A DNA stretch of 64,000 nt from assembly GCF_016433145.1 (NCBI RefSeq), contig NC_058132.1:392475429-392539428 (forward strand), read 5' to 3'. Below are positions 49,700 through 63,900 of the stretch, in pieces. Below the pieces are notes generated by a model. The model was given only the letters and a program-made list of their open reading frames with translations. It was not told the DNA's origin and did no database searches. Made by a program: the position numbers and the translations under genes. The DNA is from Gracilinanus agilis (Eukaryota). How positions within the stretch are numbered: position 1 is the first letter of the stretch; every line of letters begins with the position of its first letter.

Positions 49700-51330
49700 G
49701 GTCTATTATTAACCTGGAACAAAATCAGAAAAGGATTCATCGAAGGAACTGGGGATATTTAATATGGAAAATATCAAAGGGAATCTGCAAACTTTGACTT
49801 CAAATATTTGGAGAGTTGCTAACTACATGACTCCAAAGGCAGAAATATATGAATGGATGGAGGTTGTAAAAGGCTCCAGGAATAACTTCTCAAAAATTAA
49901 AGATATTTCAGAATGGGAAAAATGGACTAAGAGTTTCTAAGTTCTCTATTATATAGTCTAGCAAATACTAGGTAACTATTTTCTGGGATGCCGTAGAAGG
50001 AAGGAGATAGATAGAGTAAATGAAAACAGAAAGAAAAAGAATTTACTTGTCCTAATATTGGACAAATTATAACTGAAAATTTTTGTGTTAATTTTTCCTT
50101 GCTGAATTTGTCATATTTATGGTAGTCAAGAATAGTGGTGATGCAAATCCATTTTTCTAAAGCTATTAATTGTTAATTTTACTCACAGATATTTTCCCTT
50201 CCTCATTCAAGGCAGAATTTTTTTCTGTTTATAGTGTAATGTGTCAAGTGTATGTGCACCAAGAAAACAATCTGATTGACAGCTCAGAGTGGTAGACAGG
50301 ATTAAAAAGAAACTATGTTGAGTCCTTGTCATTTGTGATTTGAGTTTTTTTTTTTTTGGTTTGTTTTTAAATTATACTATTGAGGTTCCAAGAGCCAGTA
50401 AATCTATGGGGAGAGCAGGACCATTGATTTTCACTTAGTTTATGAACTGCTATACCAAGGCTAAGTTAAAAAATAAAGTAATGCCTCTGAGCATAAAAAT
50501 CACATCTTTGAGTTCAAGTTTTTTGAACCAATCTATTACCATTTTTCATCCCTTGGATCTTTGCCTAGGTTTTGAAACTAAACTTCTGTGCTAATATTAT
50601 CTTGAATAATGTTCCTTTCTAAGAAAAGGGCATTTACTGTATCTAATTTTATTCTATCCTAGGTGAGTCTTTGGATGAAGTACATCCCTATAGCTTCATG
50701 GAAATAAATCTTATGGCCTCTGAATTTATTAATGAACCTAGGACCTAAAATAATTGACCCATCAGTTTAATGATATAGCTCTGTACCTTTGATGAATTTG
50801 ATGTTCATGTTCGTCCATGAAGCTTACATCTTTTACAAACATCAAATTTACTCAGACTTTGATATTTGTCTATTGATAATAACTGGATCATGTACAGAAG
50901 TGAGCAACCAAAATAGTAAAGGGACTCAATTTCATCCCACTTGAGAAACACTTTGAAAAATTTGGGGATGTTAAGTTTAGAAAAGAGAAGATTCAGGGAA
51001 ATAATGATATCATTCTATACTAACTTAAAGGGTGGTCATAATAGATGACATAATAGATACGTTCTGTTTGTTACCAGAAGAGGAAGAACTAGAGACAGTG
51101 GGTAAGTGAAAGTTAGGTTTTATGAAAGGAAATCCCAATAGTTAATTTAAAGGAGAATGGGATGCCTCAGGAGGTAGAGTTCCCTCTGACTGAATGTCTT
51201 TAAAGAGATCAGGCAGAAGATGTATGGCTGTCTGTTGCTTATGTTATGATAAGGATTGTTTTTGAAGAGGTATAAGTTGAATTAGATAGCAGATAGCATT
51301 GAATCCCTACAGGCTGGAATTCTGTGATGT
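49700..51330 (+). mobile_element. Two L3/CR1 3' fragments (~49700-49930 and ~50880-51330)
   Basis: ggggatgttaagtttagaaaagagaagattcaggg; tgggatgcctcaggaggtagagttccctc. Confidence 0.65.
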
Positions 51331-52169
51331 TTCCAAAATTGCTACATTTTCCTGGTGTCTGCTTCCATTATACATTGCTATCCTATTTCCATGATCAAAT
51401 TAGACTGTATGTTACATGCTGGGTTATTTTTGTTGTTGTTGTTGCTATGGGATGTTGGATAGTCTATTATCTCCCTTCAAATGCTTGCCTTTAAGGCTTC
51501 CCATGGTGTGTCTTCTAGGGTTTCCAGGCCATTGTTTTTAAAATATGTTTGGATTTTTTTTTCAGTAAATAGTTGTTAAAGTATTGTTTGTGAAAGAGCA
51601 TAGCATTAGAACACTACAATCTGTGCTGGAGAATCATTTCCAGTTGCTGCATTGCTATTAGCAGCCAGTGGCCTTAACAACTTCTCAAGAAATACCATGC
51701 TTTTTACCCAGTTAGCAACCTCTGTTGGGGACATTTGGTTTTTCAGAAAAAAATAGGTGAATATAATAATATTTCCATGGATATCATGTATGGGTCCTCT
51801 AATACTAAAGATTTCAAAGGCAATTTCCATCTCATTCTTTTCAGTAATTGTTTTAGCATTTCATCACTCCTCTATTAAAAAAAGAGATAAAATAAAATTC
51901 ACAAAAAGAATAAAGGAATTAACAGAGAGATTTAAGTGAATTTGGTTATGTAGCATCTCTCTCCTAAACTCTTTTAAATAAGTAAATCAGAAGATTTCCT
52001 CTTTGTGAGCTCTTTTCTTATTTTGTGAAATGAGAGGAGTTAGATCCTTTTCTCCAAAACCCCTTCCACCGCTAAAGTTCTACCTTATTCAATTAATTTT
52101 GAATAAAACACACACATATGCATGTGTGTGTATATATACACACACAGCACATTCAAAATGCCACACATT

Positions 52170-52696
52170 TGGGGTGCAAAACCAAAAATGAAAACAGTTT
52201 CTGCCCTCATGAAACTTACATGTTACTACTCAGGGTACAGGGAAGAGAGACAACACATTTGCTGCTGAATAATTCCCATGAAAGGCAGTGTTGGGCAATA
52301 TTAATGATTGGAAGGATCAGAAATTATTTCATGTAGAAGTTGGCATTTGAGCACTGAATGGATCCAGAGATTCCAAGAGATATAGTAGAAGATAAAGAAC
52401 ATTCAAGGTAACTGGGATAGTCCTCGGCATGCAAAGTCTCAAAGAGGAATACTGTACACAGTGGAAATGCAATATACCACCACTGCTTGCTCCAGTTTGC
52501 CATCATGAGATTGAACATGGCTGAATGCAAAGTTGGTATTTCTGTATTGGTTAATGGAACGAAAGGGTACCAACCATAGAACAGTGTTCTGTATCCTGGG
52601 TGCTCATTGGCTCAATGTTTATAAGAGTGTTTGAAAGGTTAATAAGAATGTGGAAAAGGTTTATGGGAGAGTGGGAGGGTTTTATAAAACCTTAAA

Positions 52697-52736
<40 letters not shown>

Positions 52737-53330
52737 CAGCATTATATTGTATAATAAAATAAATATAATGCTGCTACCTTGCGAATTTTCACCTTTCACA
52801 GGGGTCTCTGGAACGTAACTCCTGCAATAGGTGAGCGATCACTGTATACCATATGCAGAATAGCACATATCCTAGGACAGGTGGAACATAGGGTATGTGA
52901 AGGACAGCAAAGTGCAAAAATCCAGGAAATTAAGCCAGTACCATATTTTAAAGATAGCTGAGAGATTTTGGGCTGTGAGATGAGATTTCACCAATATTAG
53001 GAAATAGCTAAACCATCAGAGTCCAAAGTGGTTCCTAAAGCAGAGTCCTTGCTTCCTATGGGGAGAAAGTATGGATGAAGGGAAGATTATATATGAACAG
53101 CATGGTCTGAAGACAGCTAGTAATGACCTTAAGAACCAAATAAATTTTTTTACTAGAAGGAATAGGAAACTATTGAATTGTTTTTACCAGAGAAGTGATA
53201 TGGTCAAACTTGGACTTTAAGAATATAATTTTGGAAGGTTTTTGCAGAATGGAAGGACAGAATACAGGAAGGATAATTGTAGTAGTCCATATGAGAGGTG
53301 ATGAAGGTAAAAATAGGCAACATGATTTCT
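52170..53330 (-). mobile_element. L2 fragment interrupted by a Tigger MITE and (TA)n
   Basis: cagtttctgccctcatgaaacttaca; gagaagtgatatggtcaaact. Confidence 0.65.
52545..52846. mobile_element. Tigger (Tc1/mariner) MITE fragment with internal (TA)n
   Basis: Terminus ggggtctctggaacgtaactcctgcaataggtgagcgatcactg followed by TA. Confidence 0.7.
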
Positions 53331-54059
53331 GGAAGATGAAGTCATAATGTACTGCTAAAAATATGCAGTTTTCATTCAGAAGACTTTTTCTCCTAGAAAA
53401 AGGAGAACTCCCAGTGTCTACCAGCTGCTAAATTTATTGCACCCTAAAATTTTTTAAGGGCCAGTCAGCACTTATTGGCTCTATGGGTCCTTGGTTATAG
53501 CACTTCTGCAAAGTTAAATCCCCCAAAATAATTCTAGGGTTTGTATAGGAATTCTAAATATATTTTAAGATAAAATCTATTAATGTGCTCCTATTCAGAA
53601 GTAGTTAAAATTCATTACAATGAAATAAAAAATATTAGTTTAATAACTGGGGGGGAATGATTAACTATTAAATGTAAGAATGATAAAAAGAACTTAGCTC
53701 CCCCTTCTCAGCCTTCTTTGCTTCTCTAGTGCCCTCCCTTAACTTCTAAATGAGGATCTCTCAAGAGCAGTTGTTCCAGCTTTCTTTTCTCCTTTTATAA
53801 AATATTTTCTACTTTTGCTTCACATATGACCTCTATGCAAATGTTGCCAGAATGTCCATCTATATTCCCAAACTGACCAATCTTATATCTCCAGCAATGT
53901 CGTGGAATGTCTTTATTTTTCAGATGCCATATGGGCATCTCCCTTAACTCTTCTGCTAGGTTCTTGTTGAATGCTCTTATTCAAATCCATTGTATAAATC
54001 TAAGCATATCTCCTCCCTCTTACTAAATATGCTATTCATAGGATTATGTATTTCAGAAC

Positions 54060-55460
54060 CAGAATAAACTAGAGGAACTCAAAGAAAAACTTGTCTTATC
54101 TCCTCACTTTACTAGGAAACTAAGGCTTAAAGAAGTTAAATAACTTTCCCAAGGTCATACCAGAAGTACGTAGGAGAACCATTATTCAAGTCTGAATTCT
54201 CTAGTTCCCAATCTATCGGTCTGTTATAATATTCTTACCTGTCTCCCTCCTATTCCCCAAATCTTCCTCATTTCTGTTTAATTATTTATAACCACGGTCA
54301 TCTTTACTTATTCCATGTATGCTTCCCTCTCCAACTTACAAATATAAGCTTCTGATGAAGTGCAACTGCTTGATTTTTATCTTTGTTAAACTCTGATACC
54401 TTTCCAATGTGTGACATATCAGAATTGATTAAAAAACATTTCACAGTTGAATTCTACTTTTGGACAACTCTCATGTATAGTTTGAGCATATGATTGAGTA
54501 AAAATATGTGTATATGTAAACATATGACATTTATTTACATGTATAAACATGTATATGTATATATATATCAAAATTCCCTTCTCTTCTATTTCTACTCACT
54601 GCTCCTAGTTCTTCCCTTTAAAACAAATTGAATAAAGTCTTCCAAGTGGCAGACCATAAAGTACTTGAAGGTATTTTCTCCCTAAGTTCTCTGTAGGTCA
54701 CACTCAGTAGCCCCAGTCTCTTTATCTTGGTTCCAATCTATGGTTCCAGACTAATTGTATCATTCCCTTAAGTATTTTGCATTTTGTGTAGCAACCAAAC
54801 TGAGCTGCTTAATATTTCACCGTCTTATTCTATACTCTCTTAATTCTTAGCATTTGTGTAGGCCCTCCCTGAACCTGAAATGAATATCTTCTTCATCACA
54901 TACTATTGAAGTGCATCTTGTTTTCCAAGACCTAATTTGCCTGTCTTTCCTCTTCCATAAATCCTTCTTTGTCATTCCTCATCCCACCTGGAACCCACTA
55001 GTGTAAAATTTAACTCTGAGCATATGCCTTGCTCATATTTCTCTCTGCTCAAATTTTATGTCATTTTATTGCATTTCTGATTTGTTCCTCTGGCATTTCA
55101 CCTAGAATAGTATTTATTTGTGTATATATTATATCTATTCTGTCTCCTCGTATCAGCTATTAAGTTGCTTTTGACATTTTATTTCCATATTACTATCTTT
55201 TTGAAATGTAGGTGTTCAAAAATGTTTGAATTGAATTGAATTTCACAGAATTATAGACTCTAAAGGCAACAGCATTATGTTATAGTGGACAGAGCATTGA
55301 ATCTGGAGTTAGAAGAACTTGATTCAAAATCAGGTTAAACAGTTGATTATCTGAATGATTTTGGATAGGTCCTTTACTTTCCTTGAGTTTCATTTCCTAA
55401 TTTTTAACGTGTGGAGTTGGACTATTTTATCTCTAATCTCCTTCAAATCAGTGCCATATT
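54060..55460. mobile_element. Mixed ancient repeats: MIR (- ~54060-54230), L2 3' ends (+ ~54240-54450 and ~54860-55245), MIR3 (+ ~55270-55460)
   Basis: CORE motifs; L2 tails aaatgtttgaattgaattgaat. Confidence 0.6.
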
Positions 55461-55866
55461 TCTATATTCCCTACACTGTCATTGAGATCAAGGGCTCAGT
55501 GATTGGATTTGTAAGCATCGACATTCTGTCAAATATGTAGTCCCTACTTAACATGGCTTGCTTTACTGAATCATCTGGTAAAAGAAATTACAGCACTCTA
55601 TTACCATGAGTTAATACCATTGCTCCATAAAGTTAAGTGCAAGAATAACCTTCTACCTATATGGTGGCAATAATGCTCTGGAGTTGACAGCAAGTATTTC
55701 CCAAATTACTGAAATGCTACATACTCATGCATAATTCCCCTATGGAAGGACATCAGACTTTTTGCTACCAATTCCAGAATTTCCTCTCACTTATAGGATT
55801 CTGCTCAAAATCAATGCATCTGAAACCAGAAATCTTGTCAGAAACCCAATCAGAAAAAGGGTCACA

Positions 55867-56658
55867 CAAAATTGAGACATTAATGCATTGTGGATGGAGT
55901 TGTGAATTGATCATAACATTCTGGATGGCAATTTGGAACTATGCCCAAAAGACTTTAAAAGACTGTCTGACTTTTGATCCAGCCATACCACTGCTGGATT
56001 TATAGCCCAAAGAGATAATAAGGAAAAAGACTTGTACAAAAATATTTATAGCAGCGCTCTTTGGTGGTGGCAAAAAAATTGGAAAAAGAGGGAATGTCCT
56101 TCGATTGGGGAATGGCTGAACAAATTGTGGTATCTGTTGGTGATGGAATACTATTGTGCTCAAAGGAATAATGAACTGGAGGAATTCCATGTGAATTGGA
56201 ATGACCTGCAGGAATTAATGCAAAGTGAAAGAAGCAGAACCAGGAGAACCTTATACACAGAGACTGATACACTGTGGCACAATTGAATGTAATGGACTTC
56301 TCTACTACCAGCAAAACAATGATCCAGAACAATTCTGAGGGACTTAAGAGAAAGATCGCTATCCACATCCAGAGAAATAACTGTGGGAGTAGAAACACAG
56401 AACAAATACAGTTGCTTGATCATATGAGTTGATGGGGACATGATTGGGAATGTAGACTCTAAGTGATCACCCTAATGCAAATATTAATAATATGGAAATA
56501 GGTCTTGATCAATGATACATGTAAAACCCAGAAAAATTACTTATTGGCTACAAGGGGGTGGGAGGAGAGGAAGGAAAGAACATGAATCATGTAACCATGG
56601 AAAAATATTCTAAATCAATTAATCAAAGTTTTCAATTAAAAAAAAGAAAAGGATAAAA
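55867..56658 (+). mobile_element. 5'-truncated L1_Mdo 3' end
   Basis: ORF2 C-terminus (GEWLNKLWYL); 14-bp TSD gaaaaaggg(t/c)caca at 55853-55866 and 56659-56672. Confidence 0.92.
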
Positions 56659-57164
56659 GAAAAAGGGCCACAAAGATGAGGCAAGATAAGGAATCAAGTA
56701 AATGCTCGATATTTACATGTTATTCCATAATATCACATTATTCCATAAATCTGCATTATCCCATAACATCTTTGGATGGGTCAGAAGAATTAGTGCTAAA
56801 TGTAAATTCAGCTAGTCAGTCAACAAGCATTTAAAAAGCCCTTACTTTTGAGTAGGACTGCAAAACAGTTTTAGTGTCTCCTTGTTTACATCTGATATTT
56901 ATGCTCTATATGTTGTCAAGGAATCCTGTAGGCCTTTAATGTGGGAGACACCTTGGTTTTTAAAAAGGACCTTATGATTATTTTGCTCCACTGAATCAGT
57001 TTTTTAATTAAAATATCAAAAAGTAAAGAAGAGGATCTTGTTTTGTTTCATGAGTCACAAGAATGAAGAGATATGATCTACTAAAGTGAACTAATCTGTG
57101 TCCTGGTCAGTTTTTTTAAAAAATAAAATACCCCCATTATTATGTGCATGAATTTTTAAATGCT

Positions 57165-57600
57165 GAGAAAAGATGGGCAAATGTATTAACATAACTATAA
57201 TAGAATATTATTACACTGTAAGAAATAACATGACATCCAGAAAAGCATGGGAAGACTTAATGATCCGGATGCATAACATCAGCAGAACCAGGGGAACTAC
57301 TTGCCTCATAACTATAACAATGTAAATGGAAAGAATAATTTAAAAATTGAACATTGTGTGATTATGGTGGCTGAGCTTGGACCCAAAGAAAAGATGAAAA
57401 AAAAATTCACCTTGGTTGAAGAGCTGGTGAACTGGCTATGGAATGTTGCATGTGTTTGATTTTGCTAAACTGTGGTTTTTCTCAAATCTTGTTATTTACA
57501 TGGGGAAACCTCATTGCTTAGGGAATAGGGAAATGTGATTTGGAAATCAATGTGATATAAAAGTTTTAAAAAATGGATAAAATTTTTCAATGAAAATAAA
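57165..57600 (+). mobile_element. Old L1 3' UTR
   Basis: gacatccagaaaagcatgggaagactta; cataactataacaatgtaaatggaaaga. Confidence 0.6.
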
Positions 57601-59520
57601 TCAATCAATCAATAAATAAAAAGCCCTTACTATTATAGGGGATATAAAGAAAGGTAAAAAAAAATCTTTCTTGCTTTCAGAGAGATACAATTCTAGTGAA
57701 AGAAAATATGTTGACATTATACTCATTATATAAATGCATATATACATATGTATACAGTGTAGATTATATATTCAGTGTAAAATGAAGTTAATTTGAGAGG
57801 GGAAGGCACTAGTCTTGTGGAGTCTGTGTTAGGAAGAGAATTAGAAAAGGCCTGTAGAAGGTAGGATTTGAGATGAGTCTTTAAGGAAGGAGAGAAACTA
57901 GGAGTTAGGAGGAAGGCAGAGCTTTCAAGGCATGGTGACAGGTGATGAAAAGACAAAGAGAGAAAAGATGAGTTAATATTTACTAAAAGCATTAAGAAGG
58001 TCATCACTTGATCATAATGTATATGGAGGGGACTAAAGAGTAAGAAGTATGTAAAATTATGAAGAGGCAAGGTTGTAGTGCCTTAAAAGCCCAAAGAAAA
58101 TTTTATATTTGATTCTGGATGTAATAGGGGGCTACTGGAGTTATTGGTTGGGAGAGAGAGTGTCACATGTTTAGAGAAGCACTTTAATAGAAATCATTTT
58201 CAGCTGACTAGTATATGGAATGAAGTGATATAAGGACGATATTAGAAATTAAATCTTGTTATATTAGTTTAGAGATAAGAAATAGAGAAGCTGACTTGGG
58301 AAAGAATTGGAGTTTGAAGCAGATATGAGACAGAGTGTTAATTTCAAATGCTGGCAATTTAACCATTTTCCTTGACAGTTATTCTCTCTGGGTGTTGTGG
58401 CATTTTTACAGTTGGTCTCTGGCATTTGGCAGAGACACACACAGGGACTTTCTCTCTCAGAGCTGGAGAAGGTAACATCTTTGCCTCACCCCCCTCTCTC
58501 TGTCTCTGTCTGAGTGAAAGACCTAAAGGAGCTTAGTGTTTTCTTTTCCAACTTGGGAAGCACTATTGATTATCTATTTCTGTTTATAGATTGATTAAAC
58601 TCTGAGAAGACCAAAGAAACCCTGTTCTTTGGTTTGGACTGAGTCTGCTAAGGCTCAGAGTCCTAAATTGGTTTTTGATAGGATTCAGCCAGTTAGCCTT
58701 TGTTATTTTTATAACTTGGAGGCAAAGTTAAGAATTATAAGGATTATAATGTTAGTTTATTTAGAATAGAAAAAAATTGGGTTAGTCAGATTAGGAAGGA
58801 TTAGTATAGCCTGTGGAAAAGAAGTAGTTCCTTGAAGAACCAGGGAGTTTCATTTGGGTGGAGTTAGAATTCCTTAGAGTTAGTAATCCTTTTTAATCCT
58901 TATAATTTTAATAAATATTTTATTTTTATAACAATGGTCCCCTTAGTGTCCTTGAGCCTGGCCCTGAGGAGAAGTTCATTTACTTCACTGATATAAATTG
59001 AAGATACTTTGTTAGCATAGCAAGCAGAGTATTGAAATCAGTTTATAATCAATAATCAATCCATTGCTGTATTAGTTTTACAGGCATCTTTTATTTTTAC
59101 ACTTGAGGCCAGGAGGACAATCATTTGACAATTGTATTAGTTCAGGCATGATGAATTTGTATGAGTCAGGAATTCAGTCAGTCCATCAATGTTTATTAAG
59201 TGTCTATTATGTGTCAGAATCTATTTTGAGTCCTCCCAGATCAGACATCTCTTTAAATGGAGGCTTTGAGAGGAATTATTTATTCTACCCTCTAAATCTC
59301 TGATCAAAGGATACTGAGGTTGCTGATAGGGAACCAAGGTATGAATACAAAGAATACTCCAAAGCAGCCTTTGTGGAATGGAGAAAAGTTGATGTAAATG
59401 AAAGATATTATGAAGGTAGAAATGACAAGATACAGCAATAGGTTAGCTACATGGGATGATCATAGAGAAAGATGGCATGGAAAAATATAAAGTTCTGATC
59501 CTAGGGGATAGGGAGAATAA
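57600..59520 (-). mobile_element. L2 fragments (~57600-58215 and ~59150-59520) flanking an LTR
   Basis: tcaatcaataaataaaaagccc tail; gagtgtcacatgtttagag. Confidence 0.55.
58225..59082 (+). mobile_element. Solo LTR
   Basis: TG...TTACA ends; AATAAA at 58910-58915; LTR-like composition; TSD not confirmed. Confidence 0.65.
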
Positions 59521-59550
59521 TGTGTTGGAGAGCTGATCACAATAGATTTT

Positions 59551-59800
59551 GTTGTTATTTAATCATATTCAGTTGTGTCTGACTCTTCATGACTCCTTTT
59601 TGTGGTTTTCTTGGCAAAGATATTGATGTGGTTTTCCACTTCCTTTACCAGCTCATTTTACAGATGAAGAAGCTGAAACAAACAGGATTAAGTAACTTGC
59701 CCAGAGTTACATAGCTACCAAGTGTCTGAGGATGGTTTTGAACTCTGATACTCCTAACTCTAGACCCTGCACTCTATTCACTGAGCAACCTGGCTACCCC
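59551..59800 (-). mobile_element. Mar1 CORE-SINE
   Basis: gttgttatttaatcatattcagttgtgtctgactcttcatgac...ttggcaaagata. Confidence 0.85.
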
Positions 59801-60039
59801 CACTGTGCCACCTAGCCAACCAAAATGGATTAGTCACATTGGATTTATTAACCCAAATTCTAATGTCATTTTTACTGATATTTGAAAGAGAACATTCTAA
59901 TTTTTCTTTTTCTTCAAAAGATTCTTTGAAGCTGGAAGCCCTAGTAAAATAGAATTTCCCTGATTATACCTGACAAAAACCCTACTCATCTTCTCTAATC
60001 ACCAGATTCCAGCATGATCAACTTCCATGGCTAAACCTC

Positions 60040-60958
60040 TGCTTTTTGATACTGGGAACTATACTGACTTTGGAGTTAAATTTCTTGATTATAAATCCTG
60101 CCTCATAACTTTCCTGTGTGATATTGGTCAAGTAACCACTGCTTGGACTCCAGTTTCATGATATTTAAAAAATGACAATTTGGATTTAAGGACCTCTGGT
60201 AGAGGTCCCTTCTGCATCTAGATCTATGATTCTACTATTAAGAAATCCCTATATTCTAAGCTTCATCTGTTGCACCCTCTGGTCAAAATACTAATTCTAT
60301 TTCAAATAATATTTCTTTATATTATGCCTCTTCCCTTTCAACTCTTTCCATCTTTTCATCCCTGTAAAAATCTGGATCTTCCAAGAAGACTTTACAAGTC
60401 TAGAGAAAACACTTGTACACCTTGCCTGATGCCCTATCACATAGTAAACAAGAAGTCATCTTTTAATCATCATTGAAGACTTCAGGCATTCCTTCTGCCA
60501 CGATCACTAAGCAATCTTTGATGTTGACTTCATCTGTCTATGTTATCATGTCCAGATCTTTTTTGTAGACATCTATTGACTCACCTTCATTCTAATATTT
60601 TGTTTTAAGGAGTTTAATATGTGATTCATGGTTTTATCACCCACCTAACTAATGCCTTTATATCTGGAAACTTCAGCAAGTAAAAGGAAGGGAAAGGAAT
60701 AAGCATGTATTAATATACTTGATATATTAATATACTTTGATATATCAGGCACTATGCCTTTACAAATATCTCATTTGATCCTCACAACAATCCCATGAGG
60801 TACTTGATATTATTATCCCCATTTTCTAGTTGACAAAACAGAAGCAAATAGAGATTAAGTGACTTTCCCAGGGTTACACAACTATGAAATGTCTGAGACT
60901 GGATTTGAACTCATCTTCCTAACTCCAAGAATTGTCCAATTGTGTCCACCAGCTGCCA
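60040..60958. mobile_element. MIR3 (+ ~60040-60235) and MIR (- ~60690-60958)
   Basis: CORE motifs; ttacaaatatctcatttgatcctcacaacaatccc. Confidence 0.7.
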
Positions 60959-61099
60959 ATACATACACATATATGCATACACATGTGTATATGTGTGTAT
61001 TGATATTATTTGCATATATAATGTACATGTGTGCTTGATTTATTCTAAATATTCCCATTAAGATTTCTATCTTCATGAAACAGAACACTGACATTTCTC

Positions 61100-61910
61100 T
61101 CTCTGATTACATCCTGTTCTTCTATTTCTCATTAATATCTACTTGTTATTAAGCTTATACTTCCTTACCATAACCTCCAGTCAATTCCCCTTCTTTTTTC
61201 CCTCTGTCCCACTCTGTCAAGTGCATTAGCACTGCTTTAGCCTTATTAACTTCCTTTCACAATCCTAACTTTGCTAGTTCAACTAAATATTATTTATGCT
61301 TTCAACTGCTTTGTCAACTTGCCCTTTGACCATTTAATGCCTTGATAAAACCCAACTCTGGTTATCTTTACCATCTATCTACTGTACTCTTATCTAACTA
61401 CTCTTAAATGCTGCTGAAAGAAATTACACATTTGTGCTGTCTACCTCAATTTCTTGTCTGATGGAAACTGGTTTCTCACTACTTTGTGTCAATTCTTTTT
61501 CTCTTGATTGGTTCTCTTTTGCACACCCAACAGCAGCTGTTCCAAACTTTCCCTATATCCTGAAGACTCCATGATGACCTCCCTCCCACCTCCATCTTAT
61601 CTGAGGAATTCAATTTTACATTGCTGAGAAAAACAGAAAGCATCAATGAGAACTCCTTATAAGCCATTCACTGTCACCTCTTATTTTCATCTGTATCCTT
61701 TGCTCCAAAGGGACATTCAATCCTTCTATGTGTGCCCTTGATCCCATCCCCTACTGTTTTGAGCCTTTAGACATTCTCCCTGCCCATCTTCAATTATTGA
61801 ATTTCTAACATATCTCCTTTATTACTGAAAACATGCCTAGCTTTCCCATTCTTCAAAAATTTTACCTTGACTCTGTCATCCTTCTCAAGATATCTGTTCT
61901 TTTTCATAGC
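61100..61910 (+). mobile_element. L2 ORF2 internal fragment
   Basis: C/T-rich L2 pattern; ttacattgctgagaaaaacagaaagcatcaa. Confidence 0.6.
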
Positions 61911-62999
61911 TAGTAGCAGAATCAGGGCTTGAACACAATTTCATGAACTCCTAATCTAGCTCTCTTTCCACTTGGCCATATAGCATCTCAGAATAATCAA
62001 CTCCATCCAATTTTCCTCATCTTGAAGAATTTGTTATTCAGTGTCATTCTATGAAAACTTCTTTTATCTAAAGCTAAGACTTTTTTTAAAAAAAAAGTAA
62101 ATTCTAAAACTCTCAAATTTAAAATTAAATGTCATGAAAGCAAGTAATTCATCTTATGTAATATAAATAGGTCATTTTCCCTGAGAATCTCTTGGTGAGA
62201 AAAAGAGGTTGGGGAATTACTCTTCAGTTGGGAAATAATTTTTAAAAGTCATATATTCCAAGGTAATATACAGCATATCCAGAAGATTTTTTAATGTAGC
62301 ATAATATTTATTAGTACTAATTAAGATTTCTAGATTGTAATAAAAGTGAACAATTAGGTTTGAAATGATAGGAGCAGATAGGACATCAGGATGCATAAAA
62401 ATGTGACAGAAGGAACAGATGGTAGTACAAAAGTATCTCCCCAATTGGATAGAAACTTTTCCTTTGGGAAAACCACTTTCAAGCTTATTTAAGTGCCTTT
62501 CATGTGAAATTGCTTGAACAACTGAATCTGATTACAATATTCTTGAATCTCATATGGATTGAAAGGTCATTTAACTGGTAGATTTCAAAGGAGTTCAATG
62601 TATGCTTCCCATTTCTATACTTCATGCCTAATAGCATCATTCTGAATGTCAATTAATACAAACATTCTGACAATTTGTGAGAGTACTGTTTTGTTCCCTC
62701 CAACTTCCTAACTTCTGAGATATTGCAAACAAAGCCTCTTTCAAGGAACTGTTGTAAGATTAGAATCAATATTATCTTTAAGACTACTTAAACATCACAC
62801 TATTATTTTATTTTTTCCCATCTTTTCAGTTCTTCAATGGTATTCATGTGAACTGCATCCTAAATATGGGATAATAACATAAAACATTTGCTATTAATGC
62901 ATTTTAAATTTACTTCACAATTTCAACCTGCTACCTCAGATTAAGCACTTCATTGTGACAACTGAAATACACCCCACACACACACACACATACATGCCT

Positions 63000-63900
63000 C
63001 TTTAATTTAAATATTATTTAATCATTCATTGTTTAGTTTCCACATGAGACCTTGTTACTTTTTACTGCTTGAATAATATTCACTACTAAATTTCTGGCAT
63101 TATTATCTATAAATGTAGTATATTACAGTTTTATTTTTCTATGTTTCATCTAAGCTTCTTTTTTATATGATGAATACTAAATTATTGTGTATTTTCACTG
63201 TGTACTAGAAAAAGGATTTTTTTTTGCTTTTCTTATTTTCTTCTTCTCTCCACATAACTTTTAGATCTAATTTATTTAATTCTGTATTTAGCCCTATAAC
63301 TTTCTTCTTATTTACTTTTTCTTGGATTTATCATATTTGATAAATATAATTAGTGGGATATTACAAGTCTATCACTATTATTGAATTTTTAGCTACTTTT
63401 CCTATAAGATTCATTTAGGATTTCATACTGATAGACCATTTTTTTATCATATGTAATCTTCAGAGCATTTTAACATAAAGGAATGTCCTTGATATCTTCA
63501 GATTCATAGTTTGAATTAGACTGGGATAGCATCAATGACATATGTACTTTTCATGGTTAGGGAACAGTAGGATAAACTTTAACCCATTTTTTTTCTTTTT
63601 TGAATCTATTATTGTTTCTTCCTGGAGTAAATAAATTTCCTGTAACCAATGTATTATTTCATTCTGCTTTTCAATCCATTAAGAAAATTTTTTTCAATTA
63701 AAAAACAATTTTTTATTGAAGAGGTCATTCTATTTACCTTTTAATATCAAAATTGGTAAGGTTGTGTTCCTTATGTTTCCTTTAAATGATATTCAGATTT
63801 TTTGGAAATATAAGCTTTCTTCTTCTTATTTCCATCATTGTCCTTAATTTAATAAAAACTACCCTTAACAAAATTACTTTGACTTATACTAGTATCACAG
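63000..63900 (-). mobile_element. Very old L1 ORF2 endonuclease-region remnant
   Basis: tagtgggatattacaagtctatcactattattg pattern of an antisense L1 EN region. Confidence 0.5.

Noticed and set aside
55727-56441. Cluster of 83-132 aa ORFs
   Set aside because: Sense and antisense readings of a truncated L1 3' end
60960-61030. Palindromic CA/TA/TG tract (also ~52110-52146, ~54515-54570, ~57735-57755)
   Set aside because: Ordinary degenerate dinucleotide microsatellites, which are self-complementary by composition
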